64,000 nt of DNA from Planctomycetota bacterium (GCA_038227875.1 JBBRPR010000027.1:1-64000); one strand, 5' to 3'. Numbered from the stretch's first letter, positions 8,684-18,155 are shown. The notes: generated by a model from the letters alone, not told the origin. Numbers and translations: made by a program.

Positions 8684-10117
8684 CTACGCCCTAACGTCCT
8701 GAGGCAGTAATCGCGCGTAATGATCCCGTACCATCTGAACACCATCCCTCAGGAATGCTGCAGCGGGCTCTGCTTTTTGGTGCCTAAGAATCAATTCCCG
8801 GGCTCTGGAGCGTCTTAGAGTCCTACAATCCATCCTACCGGGCGTAGTAAATCCTAGCTCTATAGCGCACGTTCTAAGTACCTTCCTGTATTCCTTCCAC
8901 AATTGCTGTCCTTTCCATATACGATTTTCCTTCTCAAAATCTGATCCAACTTGGGTATCCCTTTTTGTGAGCCCCTTTTCCTTTGGAAATAGGACTACAT
9001 TTCCTTGAGTACTTCTACGCGTTAAAATCTCATGGATGTAATCGGGATAATTCAGGACTCCACTGCATCCATCGTTTTTCATATCCCGGATAACTTCAGA
9101 ATTGTGCTCTAACGCGCATAGCTCGAACGTACGAGCTTCTAGATTCACTCTAGAGGATTGTAGAAAGGTTAGTTCCTCTGGACGTGCTGCAAGCCCGTAC
9201 TGCACTAGGATAAGGTCACTCCAGTACTTTCCGTACTTCTCTTGAGCCACAAAAGCTAACTTCAGAACATCAACGAAGCTTTCTATCCAATAATAATCTT
9301 TAGATTTCTTCTTAGAGCCATTAAGATTTTGCTTCCTGTATCTCTCAATTTTGGAATCATCAAACCCTATACTCTGATCCTTCATCAATGAAACCACTGA
9401 GAAGGATAACTTTTTGACGTACGGAACTCGTAACTTTCCGTTCTTCCCGGGAAGTTTAGCCTTCAGAAACTCAATAATCATTTCAGATGTTAAGTCCGTA
9501 AGTAGAGTACTACTGGGAATGATTTTGGAGAATACCGTAAAGTGCGAGGTGTATTCCGTTAACGTATCGGGCTTAATTTCCTTAAGAATTACCCTGTCCC
9601 TCAAATTCTTTAGGAACTTATCGATAGCATCTTTGAGTGTTTTTTTGGAGTTAAAGCCCCTGTGAGCCCTTCCAAGTTGCGCTAGTACCGCTTCACGCTC
9701 TGAAAGCTTATCCTGCAATATAGAGATATCGTGTAGGGCTTGCTTGTACTTGCGCTCTAGGAGGATGTAATCATGAGCGGAATTTATTCCAGAATTAAGG
9801 GCTTTAGCTTCAAGGTCCGTTAATTCGTGTTCCTCATCAAACACAGGCAGGGCATCGGCTACACTTTGAATGTCTATTTGGTCTTGGGGCTTTAGATTTA
9901 AAATGCGTTTAGTTACTTCAGATAATTTACTAAAATCATAGTTCCCCTGAATTACACTATAAATCTCTAGGGCATAGTTTTCAGCTATACCCCTGTCTTG
10001 AGTCCCCAAACCCTTACGGTATTCGGTCCCTTCAAACGTGAAGCGTACAAGTTGAGCTAGAGAATTGTTGTTTTTGGAGTACACCGTAACACCGGGATGG
10101 ACTTGATTGTGAGCCAT
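8684..10117 (-). CDS. Tyrosine recombinase/integrase (divergent)
   Basis: LAARPEEL (R), MKND (K), CRTLRR (HxxR position), RDHY (Y). N-terminal arm-binding-like region (FTFEGTEYRKGLGTQDR). GGAG RBS. Confidence 0.85.
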   Translation of the reverse strand: MAHNQVHPGVTVYSKNNNSLAQLVRFTFEGTEYRKGLGTQDRGIAENYALEIYSVIQGNYDFSKLSEVTKRILNLKPQDQIDIQSVADALPVFDEEHELTDLEAKALNSGINSAHDYILLERKYKQALHDISILQDKLSEREAVLAQLGRAHRGFNSKKTLKDAIDKFLKNLRDRVILKEIKPDTLTEYTSHFTVFSKIIPSSTLLTDLTSEMIIEFLKAKLPGKNGKLRVPYVKKLSFSVVSLMKDQSIGFDDSKIERYRKQNLNGSKKKSKDYYWIESFVDVLKLAFVAQEKYGKYWSDLILVQYGLAARPEELTFLQSSRVNLEARTFELCALEHNSEVIRDMKNDGCSGVLNYPDYIHEILTRRSTQGNVVLFPKEKGLTKRDTQVGSDFEKENRIWKGQQLWKEYRKVLRTCAIELGFTTPGRMDCRTLRRSRARELILRHQKAEPAAAFLRDGVQMVRDHYARLLPQDVRA

Positions 10118-10163
10118 TGGTTTTTCTCCAGATATAGGGGTCTAGGGGGTCTAAATCCTGAAC

Positions 10164-10258
10164 CCATTATAGGTCCTATAATGGATACCGCAACAGGATA
10201 CCTATCCTATGGATACCGCTTAGGATACTTGCTAAGTCAATATGTGATAAGGGGGTTA
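10164..10258 (+). promoter_or_regulatory. Right att arm: palindrome, four GGATAC(C/T) arm-type sites and an IHF-like site
   Basis: CCATTATAGG-T-CCTATAATGG at 10164-10184. GGATACC at 10183, 10196 and 10211, GGATACT at 10223. GATAAGGGGGTTA at 10246-10258. Confidence 0.6.
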
Positions 10259-10286
10259 TATTATTTCAGGAATCTTTAGAAATTGC

Positions 10287-10300
10287 TCATCGGTCATTTT
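10287..10300 (+). repeat. Right att core direct repeat
   Basis: Identical to 7-20. Composition switches to GC-rich immediately after. Confidence 0.75.
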
Positions 10301-10350
10301 TCATTTAACGGCGCTTCGCTGAGGGCGGGCGTGCATGGGGCTGCGATTGC

Positions 10351-10398
10351 GGGATCGGGAATCGGGATCGGGAATTGGGATTCGGGATTCGGGATTCG
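10351..10398 (+). repeat. Short tandem 6-7-mer repeat (GGGATTC-like)
   Basis: gggatcgggaatcgggatcgggaattgggattcgggattcgggattcg. Confidence 0.8.
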
Positions 10399-10434
10399 AA
10401 ACAGAAACGAATCGCGCTTTTGTCACGCTCTTGG

Positions 10435-10481
10435 TCGGCTTGGAAGGCCGATCGTCAGTAGCCATGGGCGGGAGCCAGTGG
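10435..10481 (+). repeat. REP-like palindromic repeat (family B, solo arm)
   Basis: Near-identical to 12089-12135. Confidence 0.75.
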
Positions 10482-10900
10482 CACACAACTGCGGGGCAGA
10501 TTGCAAGCGCGGCGCGTCTCTACTCGCCTCAACGACAGACGGCATGCTGCGATTGTGCGGGGAGGTATTCATTGTGAGGACTCCTGGGCGATGAGATGAT
10601 CGATAAGAGTGTTGCGATAGCCTGGAGACTGAATATGAAGAGCGGGCGCGGAATATCTGAAATAACTCTGCATCTATTAAGCAACCGTCGACGGCAAAAG
10701 TCAAGTAAAATCTTGAAAATTCGTGTGTAAAAGTAAAGTATTTTTCAATCAATAAGGACTTATGAGAATTTCATTTTGAGTTTCCATGGTGCAGGTTCAG
10801 TTCGATTGGGCCGAAGGAGCGGTGAGGAGCGCGTCGTAATGCGAAAGTGTCCTTATATATAAGCGGTGATTGATCCCGAAAATCAAGGGAAATCTGGCGA

Positions 10901-11030
10901 ATGAGCTAAAATGAGCAGGTTTGAGAGCGAATGATAGCAAATGAGCTAAAATGAGCGCGAATGAGCAGGAATGAGCACGAATGAGCACGAATGAGCGTAA
11001 ATGAGCGCGTTTGAGCGTAATTGAGCACGT
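10901..11030 (+). repeat. 10-bp tandem array, 13 units, consensus ATGAGC-NNNA
   Basis: Exact 10-nt phasing of (A/T)TGAGC-like starts from 10901 to 11021. Confidence 0.9.
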
Positions 11031-11128
11031 GGCACGAAGATGTTGATTCGTGGCACGAGAGCGGTGAGGTTGGACTTGGGGCGGCGCTGAATCTGATGGG
11101 AACGACGGGCGAGCGACAGGATCCTCAG

Positions 11129-11785
11129 ATGGCGGACAAACCTAGGTGGTGGCGGTTTCAATTCAGTTTAAAGATGGCGATTGGGATTTCGCTGGTGGCG
11201 GGGTTGTTGGTGGGCGGGGGTGTCTGGTACTTCAAGAGCACGCGGGTATTGGTGGTGATTTCAAACAAGCTTGAACGTCCGGTTTCAGTGGCGCTGATTA
11301 GTTATTATACAAATTCAGGGGGAAAGCAGCCCGAAGTCGATAAAGCAAAATTCGTGGTCGGGGCTAACTCTTCTGAATCGGTGCATCTTCGCGTTGAGGA
11401 AGGTCGCCGCTCGTATGTGGATTATGACGTTTATGAGGAGTCCAAGGAGTATTTTTATCGAGCACATGCTAGTGTTGCGGTAAATCAAGGGACGACTACT
11501 CAATTTAGTATCGATTCGGAGGGGATCTTCGAATATTCCATTACCAATCGATCGGGCAACCCAATTCGTGTGGAATTATGGCTTCGTGATCATCATTTAA
11601 CTGTAGTCCCTTTAGCCGACCCTATATTGCCTGCGGGTGCCACTCGGTATTTCCAACCACCTGGATATGCAAAAACACTTGTTAGGATTTTTCTAAAGGG
11701 GGCTACGGAACCCATTGTGCGAAGCGTCTGGGATTCACAAGTGTATGATTACGTTGTGACGGAAGATGGCACTGTGGTGCCTTAG
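11129..11785 (+). CDS. Membrane-anchored hypothetical protein
   Basis: N-terminal KPRWWRFQFSLK motif plus TM helix, followed by a beta-rich ectodomain. Start chosen at the ATG after AGGA. Confidence 0.75.
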   Translation: MADKPRWWRFQFSLKMAIGISLVAGLLVGGGVWYFKSTRVLVVISNKLERPVSVALISYYTNSGGKQPEVDKAKFVVGANSSESVHLRVEEGRRSYVDYDVYEESKEYFYRAHASVAVNQGTTTQFSIDSEGIFEYSITNRSGNPIRVELWLRDHHLTVVPLADPILPAGATRYFQPPGYAKTLVRIFLKGATEPIVRSVWDSQVYDYVVTEDGTVVP

Positions 11786-11799
11786 TTTGCGCGGTTCGA

Positions 11800-11890
11800 T
11801 AGTTCGGGCTTTCAGCCCTTTGGGGTCAGGGAGTGATTTATTCCCAGGGCGATGCCCTGGGCTGGTATGGCGCCGGGCCTTTGGCCCTGT
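11800..11890. repeat. REP-like multi-hairpin repeat
   Basis: Hairpins GGGCTTTCAGCCC, CCCAGGGCGATGCCCTGGG and GGGCCTTTGGCCC. Confidence 0.6.
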
Positions 11891-12088
11891 TGAGGCGGGC
11901 GCTGATGGAAGCTCTGTTCATCCTCCACGCCATGCTCTCCAGCAACTTCAGAAAGTCGGCTGGATGCAACGGACTCAACTGACACCACCGCCTGAAGGCG
12001 ATGGCAAGCAACGGCTTGAACTGCAACGGCAACTATATCTGCAATGTTACCTACGGCTGGAATAGCAGCGGGCCGTTCGGGTTGTTGC

Positions 12089-12281
12089 TCGGCCTGGAAG
12101 GCCGATCGTTAGTAGCCATGGGCGGAAGCCCGTGGTTGGCGTGGCATTAAATATATTGAAGCCCTGGAAGGCGGCCGCCGGTGGCGCGGATTTTTCGAGC
12201 GCCCTTCCAGGGCTTTGAGATTCAGGAGTGGCGGTCCAGGGGCTTCCGCCCCTGGCTACTGACGAGCGGCCTTCCAGGCCG
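12089..12281. repeat. MITE/REPIN-like nested inverted-repeat element (family B)
   Basis: Outer arms 12089-12135 and 12236-12281 are inverted. Inner arms AAGCCCTGGAAGGGCG and CGCCCTTCCAGGGCTT. Confidence 0.75.
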
Positions 12282-12837
12282 CGGGTGGCCCGTGCGATCG
12301 TGAGCATAGCGAACGGGCGAGTATTGTTTTTCGATCGCGAGTGGTGGCGGGTGGCAATGTATCCACCTTAAAGATCGTCCAAGCTGCTTGGACGATGTTC
12401 TAATGGAGTGATTTATTCTTAGCCGCTACAGGCCGCACACCGGGATAGTTATACGACCTCGCATTCAATGAATTCGATACCCCGAACGTTGTTTGCTCGC
12501 AGTGCGCCAACCACGTCAGTCGAAATAAAAACTGCGCTTCCAATGTCAGTCCTAAATACATGGGCATGGTGTTGCTCTATGAGGACCTCAGCCGAGCACC
12601 CTGAAGAGGTGCTGGAATGATGTGTTTTAAATTTGGAGTTTCAGTCGTCAATTTTCCAAGAGATCAATTTTTTCCGGCGCCCTGTCAGGGCGCTGAATTT
12701 CCAAGGGAATTCTGGTCCGGGGGCTCGGCCTTTCAGGCCGGCCCCCGGCTAAGCTCCAACGTCCCTCCGGGACAAAACGGCGGGCTTAAAATGCGGGTAA
12801 AGATAAGACCTGAAATTGGTGGCAAGCAAGGGTATGT

Positions 12838-12924
<87 letters not shown>

Positions 12925-13160
12925 CTCATCCTTGTGGCGACGACGCTTTTTGAATCGCAGCCGAACTGTTGCTTGATGAAGTGGAATTTCGCGGTCCGAT
13001 TGGTTGATGTGCGAAAAATATCCAATTGGAATTCGTCTCTTTCCAACAAGAAATATTTACAAACACAAAATCGCACGGCGCAGTGAAATTTGAATCCTGT
13101 TTGCGCTTGTGACTTCGGTGTGGTGTATTGAAGTGAAAGGACAATCACGCCTCTTCGCAC

Positions 13161-13250
13161 GTTGTCACTGCCAACGTTTGTTGTCACTGCCAACGGGTGT
13201 AGTCGCTGCCTGGCGAGTGGTTACTTCCCACGCGTGTTGTCACTGCCAAC
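13161..13250. promoter_or_regulatory. Array of five 15-bp imperfect palindromes (GTTGTCACTGCCAAC), ~19-bp period
   Basis: Exact copies at 13161, 13180 and 13236. Degenerate copies at 13199 and 13217. Confidence 0.7.
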
Positions 13251-13299
13251 ATTAGAAACACTAGCGTTGGCATCCAATTGAACCCTCCGGAGAACGTTG

Positions 13300-14409
13300 A
13301 TGAAAGTTGCGTATCATCCCTTCCGCACGTACGTCAAGAAGCAGGCGACCTATTCCGATGAGGCGGCGCTGGAGGGGCTTTCGCGCGACGAACGGGCGCG
13401 CGCGGAAGAGAATTTGTATTCGTTCGTTTCGATGTGCCCGGATTTGCGCACCAATACGCTCTACCTGGGGACCACGCATCGCACGGGCGATATTCTGGTC
13501 GCATTCGATCTGAAGACGAAGCAGTTCAAATCCTGCGGGTACGACAAGAGCGGGTTGTTCGCCAAGGGCGATGTGAAAATTCACAAGGGGTTGTGGCTGG
13601 ATCCGGAACAGAACGCGCTGTATTTCGGGATCGCGACGCTGATGCCGTTTTCGGAAGCGGTGGATTCGCCGGGCGGGAAGTTCATCCGCTTCGACATCAA
13701 ATCGGAGAAGTTTACCAATCTTGGCAATCCGACGCCGGGGCAGCATTACCAGGGCACGCTGTACGACGGGCGTCGGCACATGATGTATGCGTTCACGAAC
13801 ATGGGCGCGTTTGTCGCGTACAATTTTGAGCAGAAAAAAGTGATCCGCTTTACGGTCACGGAGACCAGCCCGCACAACGGTTGCGTGGATCCGGAAGGCC
13901 GCGTGTGGGGATTGTGCGACATCAACGAGCAGCGCTTTTTCCGCTACGATCCGGACAAGGACAAGTTTGAATTTCCCGGCAAGCCGCTGCCTCACGCGCT
14001 GGAAGCGTCGAACATCATGTACCGCGGCGCGGGGCCGGTGGATGCGCTGATCAACGGCAATGACGGCCATTTGTATTGCGCCACGCCGCTGGGCGAGATT
14101 TTCAAACTCAATTACACCACGGGTGAATCGCAGTACCTCTGCAAGCCGTTCTCGGACCGGCGGCTGCCGGGCCTGGCGCTCGGCGGCGACGGGTGGCTGT
14201 ACGCGTCCGGCGGCAATTCGAACGTGTCGATGCTGGCGCGCTATCATCTGGAATCGGGGCGCTGCGAATATCTCGGACCGATCCAACACGCGGACGGGAC
14301 GTTCATGCATTACGTCCATGAAATTGTGGTGATCGGCAAGACGGTGTACGCGGTGGAGACGGACAATCCGAATCGCTCGGGTTATTTGTGGTCGTGCGAG
14401 GTGGATTGA
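13300..14409 (+). CDS. Beta-propeller-like hypothetical protein
   Basis: Repeating blade-like motifs (DPEGRVWG, GNDGHLY, GGDGWLY). Host-like codon usage, GGAG RBS. Confidence 0.75.
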   Translation: MKVAYHPFRTYVKKQATYSDEAALEGLSRDERARAEENLYSFVSMCPDLRTNTLYLGTTHRTGDILVAFDLKTKQFKSCGYDKSGLFAKGDVKIHKGLWLDPEQNALYFGIATLMPFSEAVDSPGGKFIRFDIKSEKFTNLGNPTPGQHYQGTLYDGRRHMMYAFTNMGAFVAYNFEQKKVIRFTVTETSPHNGCVDPEGRVWGLCDINEQRFFRYDPDKDKFEFPGKPLPHALEASNIMYRGAGPVDALINGNDGHLYCATPLGEIFKLNYTTGESQYLCKPFSDRRLPGLALGGDGWLYASGGNSNVSMLARYHLESGRCEYLGPIQHADGTFMHYVHEIVVIGKTVYAVETDNPNRSGYLWSCEVD

Positions 14410-15761
14410 CGGCGGAAGTTGCGCACTAGCGAGACCGCGACAACCAGGGTCAGCCAGAATTCGGGAACGCAGGCGAGGCCCCACCACGCCTCCGGGTGGC
14501 AGCGGGTGATGATGTAGAGGTCGGAGGCTGAATAGTAGTAAATACGATCGCGGGACGGGGAGAAAACAAACTGCCTCACCTCGTCCCCAAAAGAAGTACG
14601 GCTGGGATTCTCCATCAGCGTGGCAATCTGGGTTCCCTTCCGGGTGTCGAATAGTTCGATTGAGCCGTCTTCGTCGGAGACGAAGCGCTCGTAGTCGTCG
14701 GAGTAGATTCCGGATATTCCGTAGCGCGCGCCGCCAAATTCAATGCCTTGAAATAGCAGTGCGCCGGATTTGCGGTCGCGAATGTTGACGCGCGATCTGG
14801 TGGCAGAAGCGTCCTTGAAGTTTGTGCGGGAGAGCATGCGCATATTCTCCGGCGAGAAGCCGAGAAAGATCTCATCGGGTGTGTCCGCAACCTGGCTGGC
14901 ACCCGTGACGGCATTCCAGCGCCGGGCGGTGCCGTAGGCCTCTCCCGCAAAGAATTCTTTGCCGTCTGGCGCGATGCGGTGGCCAATGAACCAGAGTCCA
15001 GTGGGATACCCCGGAATCTCAATAAAACTGCCGTCGCTGAGCGTGAGCAGTCCGGTCTTGCCCGATTTGTTCGTTAAGATCCGCTCGTCAGAACCATGGA
15101 AATTCCAGACCATGCCTGTGTATTCGCTCACTATTTTGTGAGCGGCACTGTCCCAAATGCGCACGCCGCCTTCGTCTTCGTCTTCACTGGGATAGTAGGA
15201 GACGGCGAGGCGCTGGCCTGACTGCGAGAAGTACAGGCTGACGTCGACGCCGAGCTTTCTGCCTGGAGCAGGCGGAAGTTCTTCCTGCAACGCTCCCGAG
15301 GTGGTGTCCCAGATTTTCAGGACGCCGTCTTTTGAAAATGTCGCCAGGCGCTTGCTGTCCGGCGAGAATGCGGCGGACTCCATGTCTGTGGCGTGGGACA
15401 GTTCAGCTACGGGAGTGTTGCTCGCGACGTCCGTGAGTATCCCGGCGGAAAGCTGGCCGGGCTTCAGCGTCAGAATGCGGCGACCGTCGGGCGAGAGCGC
15501 GACGCAGCCTGCGCCGGCCGGAATGCCATGGATGAGCAGATTCTGGCGCGGCGCGCACAGCGACAGTTTGTCATTGGCGATCGTGTAGCAATACGGTCCT
15601 GAAAACTGCTCGATCCAATTGCCGTTTGAGATCTGCGGAACGCGCTCGGAGATCCAGGGGTTTCGTTTGCGCCAGAGCCCGTACACGCCGCCGATCAGGA
15701 GCACTAGCAGGATCAGTGTCAGCAGCGAGAAGCGGCGGAGAGTACGTTTCGGTTGCTCCAT
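14382..15761 (-). CDS. WD40-repeat membrane protein
   Basis: AFSPDSKRLATFSKDGVLKIWD repeats. N-terminal RRFSLLTL plus TM; C-terminal TM. Confidence 0.85.
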   Translation of the reverse strand: MEQPKRTLRRFSLLTLILLVLLIGGVYGLWRKRNPWISERVPQISNGNWIEQFSGPYCYTIANDKLSLCAPRQNLLIHGIPAGAGCVALSPDGRRILTLKPGQLSAGILTDVASNTPVAELSHATDMESAAFSPDSKRLATFSKDGVLKIWDTTSGALQEELPPAPGRKLGVDVSLYFSQSGQRLAVSYYPSEDEDEGGVRIWDSAAHKIVSEYTGMVWNFHGSDERILTNKSGKTGLLTLSDGSFIEIPGYPTGLWFIGHRIAPDGKEFFAGEAYGTARRWNAVTGASQVADTPDEIFLGFSPENMRMLSRTNFKDASATRSRVNIRDRKSGALLFQGIEFGGARYGISGIYSDDYERFVSDEDGSIELFDTRKGTQIATLMENPSRTSFGDEVRQFVFSPSRDRIYYYSASDLYIITRCHPEAWWGLACVPEFWLTLVVAVSLVRNFRRQSTSHDHK

Positions 15762-15918
15762 TGCTTTCTGTCTTACAGTGCGGCTGCGCGAACTCCACGG
15801 GAAACTCAAGCGTGTAACTGCCAACAGACCAGTGTGATACAGGATGGTGCAGATTTTTAAAGAATTCGTTGGGGGGATCTCTTTCCGGGGTTTTAGACTC
15901 GTGGAAGGGCCGAGAGCC

Positions 15919-17361
15919 ATGCACTCGCAGGATGGATCGATGACGGAAGTAGACGACACAGCGTTGTTGGAACGCATTGCGCGCGGGCGCGATCACGAGG
16001 CGTTTGCGGAGTTGTATGAGCGCCATGTGCGCGCGGCTCACAGCATAGCCTTGTATGTCACCGGAAACGCGGCGATGGCCGACGATGCGCTGCAGGAGGG
16101 GATGTTGCGCGTCTGGCGCTCGGCGGCGCAGTTCACGCCGGGGACCTCTGGCGCGTCCGGCAGTTCGGGCAAGGTCCGGGCGTGGATTGTCCGCATTGTC
16201 GCACGGGAAGGTATTCGACTGATGAAACAAAAGCGAGGCAAGACCGTGGTGGAATTGAGCGACGAGCGCGTGTCTGCGGAGGGAAAGGCGGCCTCATCGG
16301 ATGCCGTGGAACACGAGGAACGAATCTCAGCTCTGAACGGCGCCATGCGCGGGCTGCCGGCGTTGGAGCGACAACTGCTGGCGCTCTATTACGGCGTGGA
16401 AATGTCGCAGAGCGAAATTGGCGAAGAGCTGGCGATGCCCAATCAGACGGTTTCGTTCCGGATCAACAAGGCGCTGGAGTCGCTGCGATTGAATCTGACG
16501 AAGGCGGGCTTCGCATCGGTGGTGCCGCTGGTGGGCGCGGGGATCTTGAGTGAAGCGATGACCCGCGGGCCGGCGTGTCCGCTGGCCACGACGGAAAAGT
16601 TGATGCAGCGGATCCGGCTTCCTGAAAATGCGGCGCGGTCGTTGTCGCGCCGCGGCGCCAAGGCCAAAGTGGCCGGCGGGAAATGGGCGCTGGGCGCGGT
16701 GATGGCGGCGGCAGCGGTGGCAGGTTGTTTCTGGATGGTTCAGGCGAATTCGAATGCGGTGCCGCCTCAGGCCGCACCGCCGACGAAAGTCGAGAGCGAA
16801 CGGCCGGAGTTCAATTACCACTGGACGTTTGAAGAGAACGCGCCGAAAGAGATTGTCGTTCGCGAAGGGACTTGGACTCGAAACGCTCAGACCCGGCAGA
16901 TGGAGGCGCGGTCGATGGTCCGGCTGAAGCTGCCCAATCCGCCGCACAAACCGTTGCTGATTCAAGCCACGATTGTCTTTCGCGGCGGCGCCTCTCCGAA
17001 ATGCGGCGCGATGTGGTCGGACGGCACGAAGCTCTTGAATTGCCGCATCTGGCGGCCGACCACGGCAATCGCGCTGGGCAAGAAAGGCAATCATCAGATC
17101 TATTTGATCGGCCAGTTTGGTTACGGATTCATGGATGGCAAACTGACGGCCGTGGCTGAATACGACTCGGCCTATCCCACGGACCAGATTGTGCTGGGCA
17201 TTACCAATCTGGACACGGAGGAGTTGATCTTCAAAGAAGTGAAAGAAAGCGAATTGCCCGCGGAAGTCCGCGAAGATCCCAGGGCGTTGATCGCGCGGCG
17301 CGGCTGGACCAGCATCGACGTACCGCCGCAGCCGTTGCCGCCGCTGGAAAATCAAAACTAG
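15919..17361 (+). CDS. ECF sigma factor with long C-terminal extension (TM + extracytoplasmic domain)
   Basis: Sigma2 (AFAELYERH, ADDALQEG) and sigma4 (SQSEIGEELAM) regions, then a TM helix and a ~200-aa domain. Confidence 0.85.
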   Translation: MHSQDGSMTEVDDTALLERIARGRDHEAFAELYERHVRAAHSIALYVTGNAAMADDALQEGMLRVWRSAAQFTPGTSGASGSSGKVRAWIVRIVAREGIRLMKQKRGKTVVELSDERVSAEGKAASSDAVEHEERISALNGAMRGLPALERQLLALYYGVEMSQSEIGEELAMPNQTVSFRINKALESLRLNLTKAGFASVVPLVGAGILSEAMTRGPACPLATTEKLMQRIRLPENAARSLSRRGAKAKVAGGKWALGAVMAAAAVAGCFWMVQANSNAVPPQAAPPTKVESERPEFNYHWTFEENAPKEIVVREGTWTRNAQTRQMEARSMVRLKLPNPPHKPLLIQATIVFRGGASPKCGAMWSDGTKLLNCRIWRPTTAIALGKKGNHQIYLIGQFGYGFMDGKLTAVAEYDSAYPTDQIVLGITNLDTEELIFKEVKESELPAEVREDPRALIARRGWTSIDVPPQPLPPLENQN

Positions 17362-17442
17362 GAATTGGACGTTCGTCGTCTGGCTGAGTGCCACGGTTTG
17401 CCGTGGGCGGAGCGTCGTTGTCACTTTTCGGAGGAGCAAGCC

Positions 17443-18155
17443 ATGCAGGCAACGGTCGGATACCCGGAAATCACGCTTCAGAAGGACGAACTGACCGGCT
17501 CGCGCGTGCTGGAATCCAGTCCCGTTCACGAAGCGGAAGAAGCGGACGAATATGGCGCGATGATCCGGCGGCACGCGTGGCTGTTGAACCAGCCGATGGT
17601 GACGATGCTCTCGAAAACGGGACTGACGCGCGGGCGCGTGCTGGACATCGGCACGGGTCCGGGATGGATCCCGGTGGAGTTGGCGTTGCGCCATCCGCAG
17701 TGGGAGATCTGGGCCGTCGATCCCTCTGAGGACATGCTCACGCACGCCGAGGAAGCCGCGCGGCGCGCGGGTGTGTCCAGCCGCATGCATTTCATCAAGG
17801 GCGAAGCGGGCGCGCTGCCGTTTGAGCGCGGCATGTTCGACCTGGTCTATTCGCATTTCGTGCTTCACCATCTGCCACGCCCGAAGCGATGTTTGACGAA
17901 GCGGCGAAAGTAGTGCGCGGCGGCGGGCGGATCGTGATCAAGGATCTGCTGCGGCAGCCGGCGTGGAAGGCGGCGGTGCTGCTGGCGTTTTCCAAGCTCG
18001 TCCTCCGCTACACGCCGGCGCAGATGAAGATGTACCAGGAGTCGCTGAGCGCCGGATTGACCTTCGAAGAACTGCGCGCTGCGCTGGAAAATTCAAAATT
18101 GTCGATGGCGCGTGTGCAGGGATTTCGCGGGCTGGATTTTGTGGTTTCGGCATGA
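17443..18155 (+). pseudogene. Class I SAM methyltransferase split by a 1-nt frameshift near 17883
   Basis: VLDIGTGPG and LPFERGMFDLV in the first frame, then MFDEAAKVVRGGG in another frame. One extra G in CCG(G)AAGCG restores HHLPRPEAMFDE. Confidence 0.75.

Larger units (their letters stand above)
7..10300. mobile_element. Integrative, satellite-like element (tyrosine recombinase + primase/helicase + ori + cargo)
   Basis: AT-rich block in a GC-rich host. Bounded by the direct repeat TCATCGGTCATTTT at 7-20 and 10287-10300. Integrase lies next to the right end, and GGATACC repeats lie inside both ends. The left host flank is outside the window. Confidence 0.85.

Noticed and set aside
10785..10850. 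tRNA near the att site (GGTTCAGTTCGA)
   Set aside because: No cloverleaf or acceptor stem can be formed.
12450..12580. Possible minus-strand gene remnant (..HVFRTD..FGGIEFIECEVV*)
   Set aside because: It is too short and has no start, so I cannot support a family call without a search.
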